A stretch of 64,000 bases of DNA from NCBI GenBank assembly GCA_023920165.1, contig CP089278.1:2294001-2358000 (forward strand), given 5' to 3'. Shown piece by piece: positions 13,401 through 24,700 of this stretch. The DNA is from Curvularia clavata (lineage: Eukaryota). The notes below the pieces were generated by a model that was given only the letters and a program-made list of their open reading frames with translations, did not search any database and had not been told where the DNA came from. The translations under genes and the position numbers were made by a program. Positions within the stretch are counted from its first letter, which is position 1. Each line of letters begins with the position of its first letter.

Positions 13401-15259
13401 TGCCATGCCAAAGTTGGGATAGGCACGTAGAGTATGGGTGAGTAAAGTCCCCACTCTTTCGGAGTGACGCACGGTCTCTAATACAGATCACGGGCTGGGA
13501 AAATGCTCTCATCTCCAAATTGATTGGGGAGGGAGGCAGGTGATTTGAACGCATTGGCTGGAATATTCAAGCGTGTTGTTGCGCCCCCTCCGTGAAGCGG
13601 TCTGGGGGCGAAGGGGGTTCGTCTAGATAAGACAGTTTCACACAATACAAAGAGTCTCGCTGCCCAACGTTTGACGGTTGCAAGCACCCTGAACCTTCAG
13701 AAAAATGTATGCACGTTCGTACATTCCCTTTTTCGGATGAGTGGACCAAGACGGCTTAGCCTGCAGGACCCTTGGGAACCTTGCTGGAGACAGGAGAAGG
13801 CCGATGTAACAGGATACACCCATACACACTTATCCCCTCGCTCGAATGATGCCCAACGCAAGCGACATAGACGCTTGTGGAATAGATGGCACGGCACGCT
13901 TGACTACGAGTCAGACAGCACCTGGTTCGTGATGCGGCAGGCAGCCCAGCATAGCACGTAGGGTGGCTATGGAATAGAATGCGCAATTGAGGTCCATGTA
14001 ATGTCGTGCAGCAGTTGTCTAGAGAGCGGACCCACCAGAGCGCCCTGGAACGAAAGCTTGGTCGGAGTCTGGCTGGCCGTGTCAATCAATGCCTTTTTTG
14101 TCGGCGATGTAAAGTCGTTGGTTATGGTGATTTTTTCTGTTGGTTTTGATGGAAGAACTAGAGGTGCGTGAAGTGGATACATGGGTTTTGTTCGGTTCAA
14201 ACTAAAGGAATCAGAGTATCTAGTTAGCTATAGGCTAAGTTGCTTTTAGTACCAAACGGAGTTACACAACATTAAACTGTTGCTGTTTACAACGCTTTGC
14301 CTTGAACTCGCTTTGACCTGCTACTATCGAATACATTGATCGACCAAGTAGACTACGTGTATTTTTTTCTGTCGTGCTTGATGGCTGGCTTTGTCGCTAC
14401 TGTGTTTGAAGCGAGCACTGTATAAGACGATCCGATAGGTAGACGTTTACACACTCGCACTTAAGCGCCATATTCACAATGTCAGTGAAGGTGTGGTGTG
14501 ACACTAGATACCGTGTACAGTTCGAATAGTCGTGGGCAGATAGGTATGGGCTGAGAGCATGGTCAGCTGTTCTTGTTTGTTTGTTTTTTTCTCCGCCTAA
14601 GCTACTTCGTCATTGCTTCACTGGTCACTGGACTGCCATTGCTCTTTCCCTCGCACATCCCTCTAATCCAATCTGCTCCTAACTTCGAATATCTCTTTCC
14701 TCTCATAATATGTCACACCTTGTCGAAGTATTCTATATTTCTTGTTTCCGACCGCCTGGACTTTTCAATCCATCCGTGTAACCTTCTCCTATAGGCTCAC
14801 TGCCCTGCTGTCCTCTCACATTCTCGCTACCACTCACTACTATTAGCTTGGACGTGCGCAAAATGCTTCTAAACCGTATCTTATCGGGATACGGCAAAGC
14901 TATGTCACTTGTGCGACTGTGACTCTATGAGCTATGATTACCTATCATCGTGCCTGGAAGGACGGTCGCGAGATCTTTTGACCACACTGTACAACCATCA
15001 ACCTACGTCGTGAATTCACACCAAGCAGCAAACACACTTTTTATTTATATTTCATCTATGCGCCCTAGCTGACCATAATTTCTCACGCTACGTCTCGTAA
15101 CACCGGACCGCACTTGACTTCACCTGTGACAACACAGAAAAACAAAAGCAGTGGCGACGCGTCGATATATTCCTGCCCCTTTCCCAACCTGCCCCAAGCT
15201 ATCTTCATTCTCTCTACCATCCTCAACATCTCATAGCCAAGTCATCCTACACCGAGTAC

Positions 15260-16138
15260 ATGTCTAGGCCTCACTACTCGGAGGCCCGTTACCCCAACCC
15301 CTACGACGAAGCATCGTTTCCCGCACCAAGCAGCCCTGCCAAACCCGTACAAACAGTCATATGGAAGCACATCAGACTAGTACAACCACCGCAGCAAGAC
15401 TGCATACCACGCACGCGCAACCCTAAGGTGGTGGCGAGCAAACACGTGCACTTCGACCTGCCTCCCTATCGACCAAGCACAACCCGAACGACGAGAATAA
15501 CCACCGAAGAGATGGATATGCAAAGGCTCAGAAGAGAAGAAAAAGAAATGCTGCGCCCTCTGCCACGTCAACACATGACCCCCTCCCAAGGACACCAAGA
15601 CCACATACCAAGGACGCTGTATCCCTCGATGCGTCCAATCCCCAAGCCCAACCGACCAACCATCTACATCATCACCTTCGCCGCGGACCTCATCCGCAGC
15701 GAGTCTTCGACTACCGCTCTCCTCGCTTCTCAAGTCCCACAACGTCACCCCCCGATTCCGCATCTCTACACCATTGACGCACGCAACATGCGTCCACCGC
15801 CGCCCGCCATGTGCGACCGCTATTCAGGTATCTCCCCCGTCCTTCAAGAAGTGGTGATGCAAGACTCTGGCGCTAGGATGGCTGTTCGCAAAGCAGTTAA
15901 GGAGCTGCTGCGGTTCGGAGACAGAGAGAAGAGCAAGGAGAGAAGGAGACGTGGCACTGGGAACATGGAAGTGAGTATGAGTGTGTGTTGTCACGCGGGC
16001 ACACACCGTAGTGTGGCTATTGCGGAGCGCATAGCGCAGAGTGTTAAGAAGGAGGTGGGCAGGTTAGGATGTGAGGAGGGCGTTAGGGTCGTATGTCGTC
16101 ATGTTCATCGGATCAAGGGCAGGGCGGACCCTTTTTGA
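15260..16138 (+). CDS. Intronless protein with a C-terminal RapZ/YvcJ (UPF0042) C-terminal-like domain
   Basis: 292 aa ORF. The C-half reads IYIITF...YTIDARNMRPP...YSGISPVLQEVV...SVCCHAGTHRSVAIAERIA...VCRHVHR, matching in order the RapZ-CTD pattern (FDVRFLPNP...TG...IGCTGGxHRSVxxAExL...HR). The N-half is Pro/Arg-rich and low complexity. Confidence 0.75.
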   Translation: MSRPHYSEARYPNPYDEASFPAPSSPAKPVQTVIWKHIRLVQPPQQDCIPRTRNPKVVASKHVHFDLPPYRPSTTRTTRITTEEMDMQRLRREEKEMLRPLPRQHMTPSQGHQDHIPRTLYPSMRPIPKPNRPTIYIITFAADLIRSESSTTALLASQVPQRHPPIPHLYTIDARNMRPPPPAMCDRYSGISPVLQEVVMQDSGARMAVRKAVKELLRFGDREKSKERRRRGTGNMEVSMSVCCHAGTHRSVAIAERIAQSVKKEVGRLGCEEGVRVVCRHVHRIKGRADPF

Positions 16139-16513
16139 TTGAGGACAGTGGTTTTCTTGGAACGTCTCTTTCTCCTTTTTCTCTCTTTCCTGCTTTTGGT
16201 CGACATGTTTGAGCGGATCAGAGACTAGTAGTTTATGTGGATGGTCAGTGTCACGGGTCTAGGTACGTGTACTGTGCGTTTCTTTTTGTATGGAAGTTGT
16301 CGCGTGATACCCTTTAAAATTGACACAATTGAACTCCGATATTGATTCTTGTTACATGATGACAAAAACATTGCAATGCTCGCTCCCTTTCCAACAGTAC
16401 TGAACCGCGCTCGAAGCTAGTTCCATGGCTTCGATCCCGTGACTTTTCTTTCCTCTTCATATCATAACATTGCACATCCTCGTACACATCTGCCCCCTCT
16501 TTCCATCCAGACT

Positions 16514-18056
16514 CTACGCAGTCTTCTTCTTGCCAATGCTCGTGTCGATACTGCCCAATACCCATGTAACAGCAAAAATGGCGAACATACCGAGGGAAAT
16601 AACGGCAGGCTTCCTGTATCCCGCAGTCCAGGGGTAGTCATATGTGACAATCAAGTCGCGACCCCTGAACTCGTCTGGCAGATTGATAGCAGTCAAGACA
16701 AGCGTCGTGCGGCCCAAAGTATCCATGAAAGTCTTGTGCAGAGTGGTCTCATTAGCCACGATAGGGACGGCAGTCGAAAACTTGACATTGGTAGCGCCCT
16801 CGGGAAGAATGACACGAAGGTCAACACGGCCATAGGAAATGCCCTCGATCGAGCGGGGGCCCTCGAGGAAAGGAACCTTCAGCACATATGTCTCGCCAGT
16901 AGAGAGCTTGCGCAGGTATGAAGACAAATCAGCATTCCAGCCAACGCGGAAGCTGTATTTCCACTCTCCAAAGATGGGGTATCGGGGCTTCAACTCCAAC
17001 AGGGCTTCCTTTTGGCCGGGGCGGAACCTCGAGGTCGAGACATTACCAATGTCATCGGTGAAGTAGGGGTCCACGGATCCAGGGGCCAAAGGAAGGACAA
17101 GGCCTTTGACAGCAAAGGAGGGTTGGTTCATGTAAGATTGTCTCTGCCACTCGACGCGCGAGAAGTGGTTCTTCAGTCCGGCGCCCTGGTTTTCAAGCCA
17201 GTATCTCTCCTCAAAAGCCAGGTTGCCGCCCCAATGCGAGACCTCAACATCACGCTCCAAACGGGTCGAGTGCGTGACGGGCTTTGTGAATTCATATCGT
17301 ACGCTTACGGGCTGCTGAGCACCAGCTGGCACATTGTTGTAAAGCCCATACGTAAAAGTAGAGCCTTGCTTCTGCGGGTCGGCCTTTTGTTCGTCGTTGA
17401 GCTCGGCAGGAAGAGTCGTGTAATCCGGTATATCGCTGTTGGGGAACTTGACCTTGGTGCGCTGCTTCTCAGTCAGATAGGCCGAGGGTGCGTATGCGCT
17501 GAAGTCGTATTGTAGATATTGCTTCTCTGTTTGGCCAAGCTGTGCGGGGACCGGCTTGAGGGACGAGAGAATCGAGTAGGTGATGCTGAGGGTTTGTTGC
17601 GCCTTGGGAGCGAGAGGTACTGGGAGGTGGATCTTGTAGAACTCAACGGCGCTATTCTTGTTAGTCGCATTGCCATTTCATAATCGGTTCCACCATTTGT
17701 ACACACCTTTCCGCATCAAAGCCTACTACCTCAACCTTGAAGGGGTCCTTGTCGGCCGCCTTCTTGTCCCTGACCTCGAACCCGCCGACCTTTGATAGCA
17801 CGCTCGAGTCGAAAGGGAGATAGTATTCTGACTGTGCCTTTCCATCAATGTTTTCAATGATTACATTGATCGTTTCCCGCGCGTAGGCCTTGTCGAGGTT
17901 GGTGGTGCGGACCAGATTGGCATTCTTGAAGACCTGTGGTGGAGTGAATGTGCTGGGCAGCACTTGCTTGGATAGCAGTGGTTGAGAAAGGTTCAATTCG
18001 GCGCCTGCGAAGCTTGCTAGAGCTGCTATGCAGCTTGTGAGGGAGATGGACCTCAT
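16514..18056 (-). CDS. OST1: Oligosaccharyltransferase subunit ribophorin I, 2 exons (18056-17707, 17651-16514)
   Basis: Signal peptide; motifs VEVSHWGGNLAFEERY, YFTDDIGNVSTS, ELKPRYPIFGEWKYSF, LHKTFMDTLGR; C-terminal TM helix and KKKTA tail. Intron 17652-17706 joins the frames. Confidence 0.95.
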
Positions 18057-18233
18057 TGCGAATAGCAGTCAAGCTATCCAGTCATGTATCAAGTTGGTGT
18101 TGGTCGACGGTTGCGTACGCGGCGGCTATTGCGTCGTGTTCTCTTCGGAGTTCCTGGCACCTCCGCGTCTGTGCGTGAACAGCCAAAGCTCCCCCTCCAT
18201 AGCTCCTCCGCAAAAGCCCCTCCAGACACAATC
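18057..18233. promoter_or_regulatory. Putative bidirectional promoter, OST1 / pseudouridine catabolism gene
   Basis: Only 177 bp separate the two divergent ATGs. Confidence 0.7.
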
Positions 18234-20786
18234 ATGAGGCTGTTGGCAAAATCAATCCGGAGACCGCACATATCCGCGACCTGTTCCGCAGTCGCTAGAG
18301 CATCGGGGAGACGCCATTTGACCAACAATGGCTTCTTTCGTGTCTCGGAAGAGGTGCGGGAGGCCTTGAATTCTAATAAGCCCGTCGTCGCGCTGGAGAC
18401 AACCATCTATACCCATGGTGAGGGAGCTCAGGACATGGATGCTTGTGAATCCAGCTAATCCACAGTTAAGGCTTCCCTTATCCTGATAATGTGGCGCTCG
18501 CATCCCTTCTCGAAAGTGTGGTCCGAACAAACGGTGCCATCCCGGCTACGATAGGCATTCTGGACGGCGTGGCACGCGTAGGCCTGGGTCCAGAGGAGCT
18601 CATAAGGCTGGCTTCTTCTGCTGGACAGGCAAATACTTTGAAGCTTTCGCGCCGCGACCTCGGCTATGTATGTGGTGCGCGACTCACCAACAAGTCCTTC
18701 AATGGAGGTACAACCATATCTGGAACCATGCTGCTGGCCCACCTCGCCGGTATCAAGGTATTTGGCACAGGCGGTCTTGGTGGTGTCCACCGCGGCGCCG
18801 AGTCGAGCATGGACATCTCCGCTGATTTGACGGAACTTGGGAGAACACCAGTCACGGTGGTTTCTAGTGGGTGCAAGAGCTTTCTCGACATACCACGCAC
18901 CATTGAGTATCTTGAAACCGAGGGAGTGGGGGTAGGAACGTTTGCCGACGGACGCAAGGGAAATGTAGACTTTCCTGCATTCTGGTCGAGAGACAGTGGA
19001 GTCAAGAGCCCTGTGACAATCGCAGATGAGATTGAAGCTGCTGCTATCATATGTGAGTGCTAGGTTTTATTCTGAAAAACCTTCTCTAACGCAATTCAGA
19101 TGCGCAACACACACTCCAAATCTCATCTGGTCTGGTCTTTGCCAACCCTGTTCCCACAGAGTTTGCTATACCCAAGGAAGAAATGGACGTGGTTATCGAA
19201 GAGGCCCTGCGACAAGCCGATGCTGCAAATATCTCTGGCAAAGACAACACGCCCTTTGTACTGGCCAAGATCAAAGAGCTTACCAAGGGCAAGAGTATTC
19301 CTGCCAATAGGGCACTCATCGAGTCTAACGTTAGGCGAGCCGCAATTGTGGCACGGGAATTAGCCATTCTGGAAGCAAAGCAACAAGAAGCCCAAGGGTG
19401 AGCCGGCACTGTTGTTGCTCAATAGCAGACTGGTGCTGATGTAAGTATCCTAGACGTACTTCTTACTTCACACCTGTTCAGTCCAGTCCAGCTTCTACCG
19501 CAGAAGAGCGGCTGCGCAATGCATCTCTATCGCCTTCTGAGCCTCCTTCCACTCCTGCCACCAGTATTTCATCTCCGTCTGAAGGTCAGCAAGCTGCCGA
19601 TATCGTTATAGCAGGCGCTCTCGCAGTGGACTTTTCATGTGATTTTGCTCCTTTGACAACCTCTGCCAACCAGACGGATCCGTTACCACATACGTCAAAT
19701 CCTGCTGTCATAACCCAAACACTCGGAGGTGTGGCCCACAATATCGCTAAAGCTTCCCATCTGCTAGGTTCGTCTGTCCGATTGCACAGCGCCGTAGGTG
19801 ACGACCTCAGCGGCCGTGCTGCTGTAAGTCAACTGCAAGACGAGGGCATGTCGGTTTCTGGTATTGAGACACTGCCTGCACCTTCCAGGACAGCACAATA
19901 CGTTGCCATCAACAATACGAACAAAGATCTTGCAATGGCCATGGCAGACATGTCCATTCTCGAGACAATATCTGATGACACCATTCGCCAACTGGCTAAC
20001 ACTATAATCAACAACGCTTCCGGTGCACCCAAAGCATTCGTCGCAGATGCAAATTGGTCCTCGACGGCCCTGCACATCTGGCTCCAAGCCGCTCGTCAGG
20101 CAAACACGACCACCATCTTCGAGCCCGTCTCCACGGCCAAAGCCTTGCGAATCTTTCCGCAAAAAGCCGCTCCAACCGTCTTCCCCACTCCGCTAGCAGA
20201 CATCACAACGCCAAACACGTACGAACTCAGCGCTCTGCACAACCACGCCCACCAATCCGGCTACTTTGACAGTTCCGGATGGTTCGCTGTCATCGATGCA
20301 CTAGGTATCCCCAATGGCGGCCTCCGCGTACCGTTAGCTGTCACCGTAGGCAGTGACGTTGTCGACCAAGGCATCCCACAGCAAGCCATCAAGCTTCTCC
20401 CCTTCCTCCCCACCATACTGACCAAACTCGGTCCTCAGGGCGTTCTCATGACCAAGCTTCTTGCCGCCGACGCGCCCGAACTGCACTCAGAGTCTGAGCG
20501 TCAGTTTGTACTTGCACGCAATAGTGCTCCTGGCGCGCAATCAAGCGTGGGAGGACTGTATGTGAGACTATTTCCCGTGGAAAAGATACTCTCGCCTGAA
20601 GAGGTGGTGAGTGTGAATGGCATTGGCGATACCTTCTGCGGTGCTTTGGCACATGGACTTAGTCAGGGGAAACGCGTTCAGGATGTTGTGGGATTTGCAC
20701 AGCAGGCTGCGGCACTTAGTCTGCAGAGTCGCGAGGCGGTTAGTCCTGAGTTGAAAAGTTTGAGAGGCGTGCTAGCGAAGATGTGA
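18234..20786 (+). CDS. Bifunctional pseudouridine-5'-phosphate glycosidase (PsuG/IndA family) plus PfkB-family pseudouridine kinase, 4 exons (18234-18417, 18471-19052, 19100-19397, 19454-20786)
   Basis: PsuG motifs PVVALETTIYTHGFPYP, KLSRRD, GTGGLGGVHRG, DISADLTEL, GKDNTPFVL; PfkB motifs GGVAHNIA, FEPVS, TPNxxEL, NGIGDTFCG. All three introns are GT..AG and in frame. Confidence 0.93.
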
Positions 20787-21059
20787 AAAAGGCCGGCTTG
20801 TTTCTTGTCTTCTCGTCTCGAGACTCGGATATGGGAGAATAATGTAAGGTAGATTATATATTGATGTACATCTATGTAAATCAACATACACATATTTTTT
20901 ATTGATTTTAACCCTCCCATATAGTATCTTGAAACTGGAGCACAATCAACCAAGTCATTTCATCCAGTAAGTAGCATCTTCATCACATGGATTTTATACG
21001 AGTTGAAGAATGTACGGTACATACACACCGCGCGCGCGAACACGCACTGACTCATTTCT

Positions 21060-21420
21060 CTCACACACACACACATACGCTATACACATAGAAACCAGCA
21101 GATAACAAGAGTCCCATAGAGAGAGAGAGAAAGAAGAAAAGAAGCACACGCACAAACGGGGCATTTCGTAACGCACAAACGAAACCCCTCTGGCATATAC
21201 ACACACGGTTCCCCTTAGCAAAGTACCTCGAGCTAGAGAGTACAAAAACAAAGCCTCGCCGAACAGAGAAAGAAGCCTCAAGGGCCATCGACACAGAAAT
21301 GACCCCTAGAATAAAACGCCAAAGAGCCTATTTGATACCGTGAGGCCCTAGAGTCCCGCGCGCGCACTGTGTTTGATGGTAGTATTGACGATAATAATAA
21401 TGATGACGATGATAATGACA
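21060..21420. repeat. Simple repeats between the convergent pseudouridine-catabolism and adenylate cyclase genes
   Basis: (CA)n about 21062-21075, (AG)n about 21118-21130, (ATA/ATG)n about 21391-21417. Confidence 0.75.
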
Positions 21421-21768
21421 ATGTCATATTGGGGTTGTTTGATAACCGTCACGCCTCCAGGGCGGTATGCGTGCGTATGTATGTGCGTATACGTTTGTGC
21501 TAAGGTATGGTATGGTACAAAGGTCCCCCCCCCTTGTCTCATAAACTGTCGTGAGACAACCGAGGAACAACGAACAGCGAAGAAAAGAAACATGGAACTG
21601 TTCGATCAGAATACAGAAAGATAGAGTGGTGGCAGGGGTGCAACTAGTCATAGCTGTGATGTGCGCATGTCATTGTCGTTGCGTTTCCCCTGTCCGTGTG
21701 GACTGTGCGGAGATCATGGATGCTGGCGTGGCTGTGTAAAGTGTGCGCAGTATTCACTGTCGAGATCC

Positions 21769-24700
21769 TCATGAAGGCGCCGTTCCCTCGATAGCGCCTC
21801 GTTCAAACTCCTCTAGTCTCTTCAGCTTAGCTTCCAGTTCGGCGAAAATGTCGCCCATGTGGCAAGCCTGTTGAAGCAGAGGTGCAGAGCCGAATGGCCT
21901 CATGCGATGGCGTAGGGCGAGCGTGTTGACACAAGACTGTATCAATACCGTTAGCATCTGAATCACCCACCGTGGAACACTCCGAAAACTTACCTCGATT
22001 CTAGAAATCTGGTGCTCCACAAAGTTTATCAAGAACCGATCTGTGATTTCTCCGCCCCGGCTCTTCATCCTCTCCAACAGCGCCGTCTCGGGAGGCTTCA
22101 ACTCGACACAGCCTGGGCTCTCAAGAGAACTGCAGAGCATCTCCAGGCGAAGGCTGATGTTCCAGAGATCCCAAACATCTTCCGTGTCGATGGTGAGCTG
22201 GCTACCGGCCATCTTTTGCCCAACTGTAGCCTCAGCCTTTGGATCGGCCGGCTTTGGATCCGTCTGTCTTTGCACGGCGAGACGGCTGGCGAGCGAGTGT
22301 GGGTACATGAGGTAGATGTATTCGGGGTTTTCGAGACCTTTGAGGCGACGTTCACCGAGATCTTTGACCTCGAAGCCTTGACTGCTGAGGGAGCGCAGTT
22401 CAGCCCGAATCATCTGGCTGTTCAAGTCGTCGCCATAAGCTTCCTCAGAACCTGCCGAGTTATTACGATCGCCTTCAATGTGTGTTTCGAGGAGGCGTTG
22501 AATCTCGGCAATGAAGTCAGAGGAGACAGTAATCTGACCTCCATCTGCAACGGACGAGATACGCGAAGCACGATTGACCATGGGGCCAAAGTAGTCCATA
22601 CGCTTGGTGACAGGATCGACTTCGCACACTGGCGTGCCCCAATGGATACCCATGCGCACTGACAGACCTCGGAAGATGACGTTACCATCGGCATCGACAA
22701 CCTCTTGTCCATTTACACTATTCAGGATCTCCTGAGGCCACTGAACCTCGAGCAACTGGCTTTGGATGGTGAAACACCAGAGCAGCGCCGAGGTCACAGT
22801 ACGGAATGCAACCATAAATGCGTCGCCTTCTGTCTTTACTTCATAGCCTCCAATGATACGCAGCTGTCGACGCATAAGCTCGTTGTGCATCTTGATGGCG
22901 GAACGCATGGCGATTGGGTATGTCTCCCACAGTATTGTTGAGTTCTTGATATCAGTGAAGACCAGACTGACTTCTCCTGTTGGTGCGTCCACTTCGTTGT
23001 CGAGTCGCGCCAGTTTGGAATCGCCAACAAGATTACCCTTCTTTCCACGCCTGCGGGACGCTCCCCAATCAGGATCAGCACCAGGAGCAGGAATCAAAGA
23101 CATGCTCTGTGTGCGGTATCGAGCACGCTGTTTGCTCTTCAGATCGCTAACTCCAAGCAGCATGACCATGATCTTGTTCGTAGCGCCAAAGGCAATGGCC
23201 AGGTCACGAAGTTTCTGAGCAGCCCTCATCAGATCGTTGCGCTCGGATCGCGCAACGTCAACAGCGAAGTCTGGGGTGAGATACTCCCAAAGCTCTCGGG
23301 AAGCAACCAAGACCATTTCGTCTGTATCGCCCAGGGTGAGGTTGAGAATGTGAGGTGAAGCAATGACTGACGGCGACATTTGTACATAACCAAAGGCTCT
23401 TGAAACCTCGAGAACGTCATTCAGCTTGCCCTGGCGCGAGACAAATCCTCCAGCCTCCCGTATTCTGGCCCTCTCTCCTGGCTCGGCGGGATCGTGTTTC
23501 CGCGTCAGAATCTTGTGTCCTCCTTCAGATCGAATTAGAAGTGCCTGCGCATCACCGACATTGGAAATGTAAAGTTTCATCTCTTTCAAAAACATTACAG
23601 TTGCCACACTTCCCGAAGTCAGATCATCGTCACTAAGCTCAGGCACCGCACCACGCTGTTGGCTTGGTGACGTGAAAGCGTTCTTATCGAGCGCTTGGCT
23701 AGCAGCAGTGGCCAATTCTTTGTTAAGACCTAGGTAGGTCCGTCGCAAAGCATCCGAGGGAGTCTCTTGTGGCCGCAAACGCTCGAGCTCGTCTGCAAAT
23801 CGGTTCTTGAAGTTGTCGTACAAGTACTTTGCAATCTTGGAGCCGCCTCCAGCGAGTGGCTGTGCGTCGAACAAGCCCAATAGCTGCTCATCGTCATGAC
23901 TTCGGAAGCGGGGCACAACCATGTCCATGGTGGAGATGTGTTCGTTGCGGCCCAGCGAATCTGCCATACCGTACGCCATCGTGCCGACTGCCGAGCCTGC
24001 TGTTCGGACTCTTCGATCTTCTGATTGTTCAGGAACTGACGGTACCATCATCGTAACATCCATTAGACCAAGCACTCGTAGGTTGATCAACGAGCTAAAG
24101 TCTGTAAGGTCACGCCCTTCACGCATGCTTGCACCGCTTCCACTGTACGAACCACTGGGCTTAATCTCCAGGCGTTTGTTGCCAGACAGATTGAGGTATC
24201 GTAGTTTGTGATTCCAGTTCCAGTTCCAATCATAAGGCCAATTTGAGACGTTGTACTTGAGCGAATTGCTTGCGACGTCGAGAACAGCCAGTTGCGCAAC
24301 CTTGCCGAGTTCCGCAGGCAGGACCTGGAATTTGTTGTTGTTGATGTGGAGGACCTTGAGTGAGCCGACTTCTTCGAGGTCCTCTGCTGGCAAGGAGGTG
24401 AGGTCATTGCCAGACAGATATAGCTCAGTGAGATGTTGCCATCTACGGATGGTGCGGGGTGGTATGTCGTAAATGAGGTTGTATCCCAAATTCACGATTC
24501 GGAGTTCAGGTAGTAGACACAGCTCGTCAAAGACATCGTCGTTGAGGCGATTGTCAGCCAGGAACACATGCCTAAGAGAGCCGGCGAAAGTGGTCACCAT
24601 GCGACTGCTCAGGCTGGAGTCTTTGCGAGACACAGGGGTCACGGTTCCTTCGGTTGGCGCACGAGACGCTGTTGATGGCTTGCGCGCCGTGCTCGCTGAG

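Noticed and set aside
14200..14560. Moderately AT-rich, TA-containing stretch as a possible RIP-degraded transposon
   Set aside because: No terminal repeats or coding remnants were recognisable, and the bias is weak.
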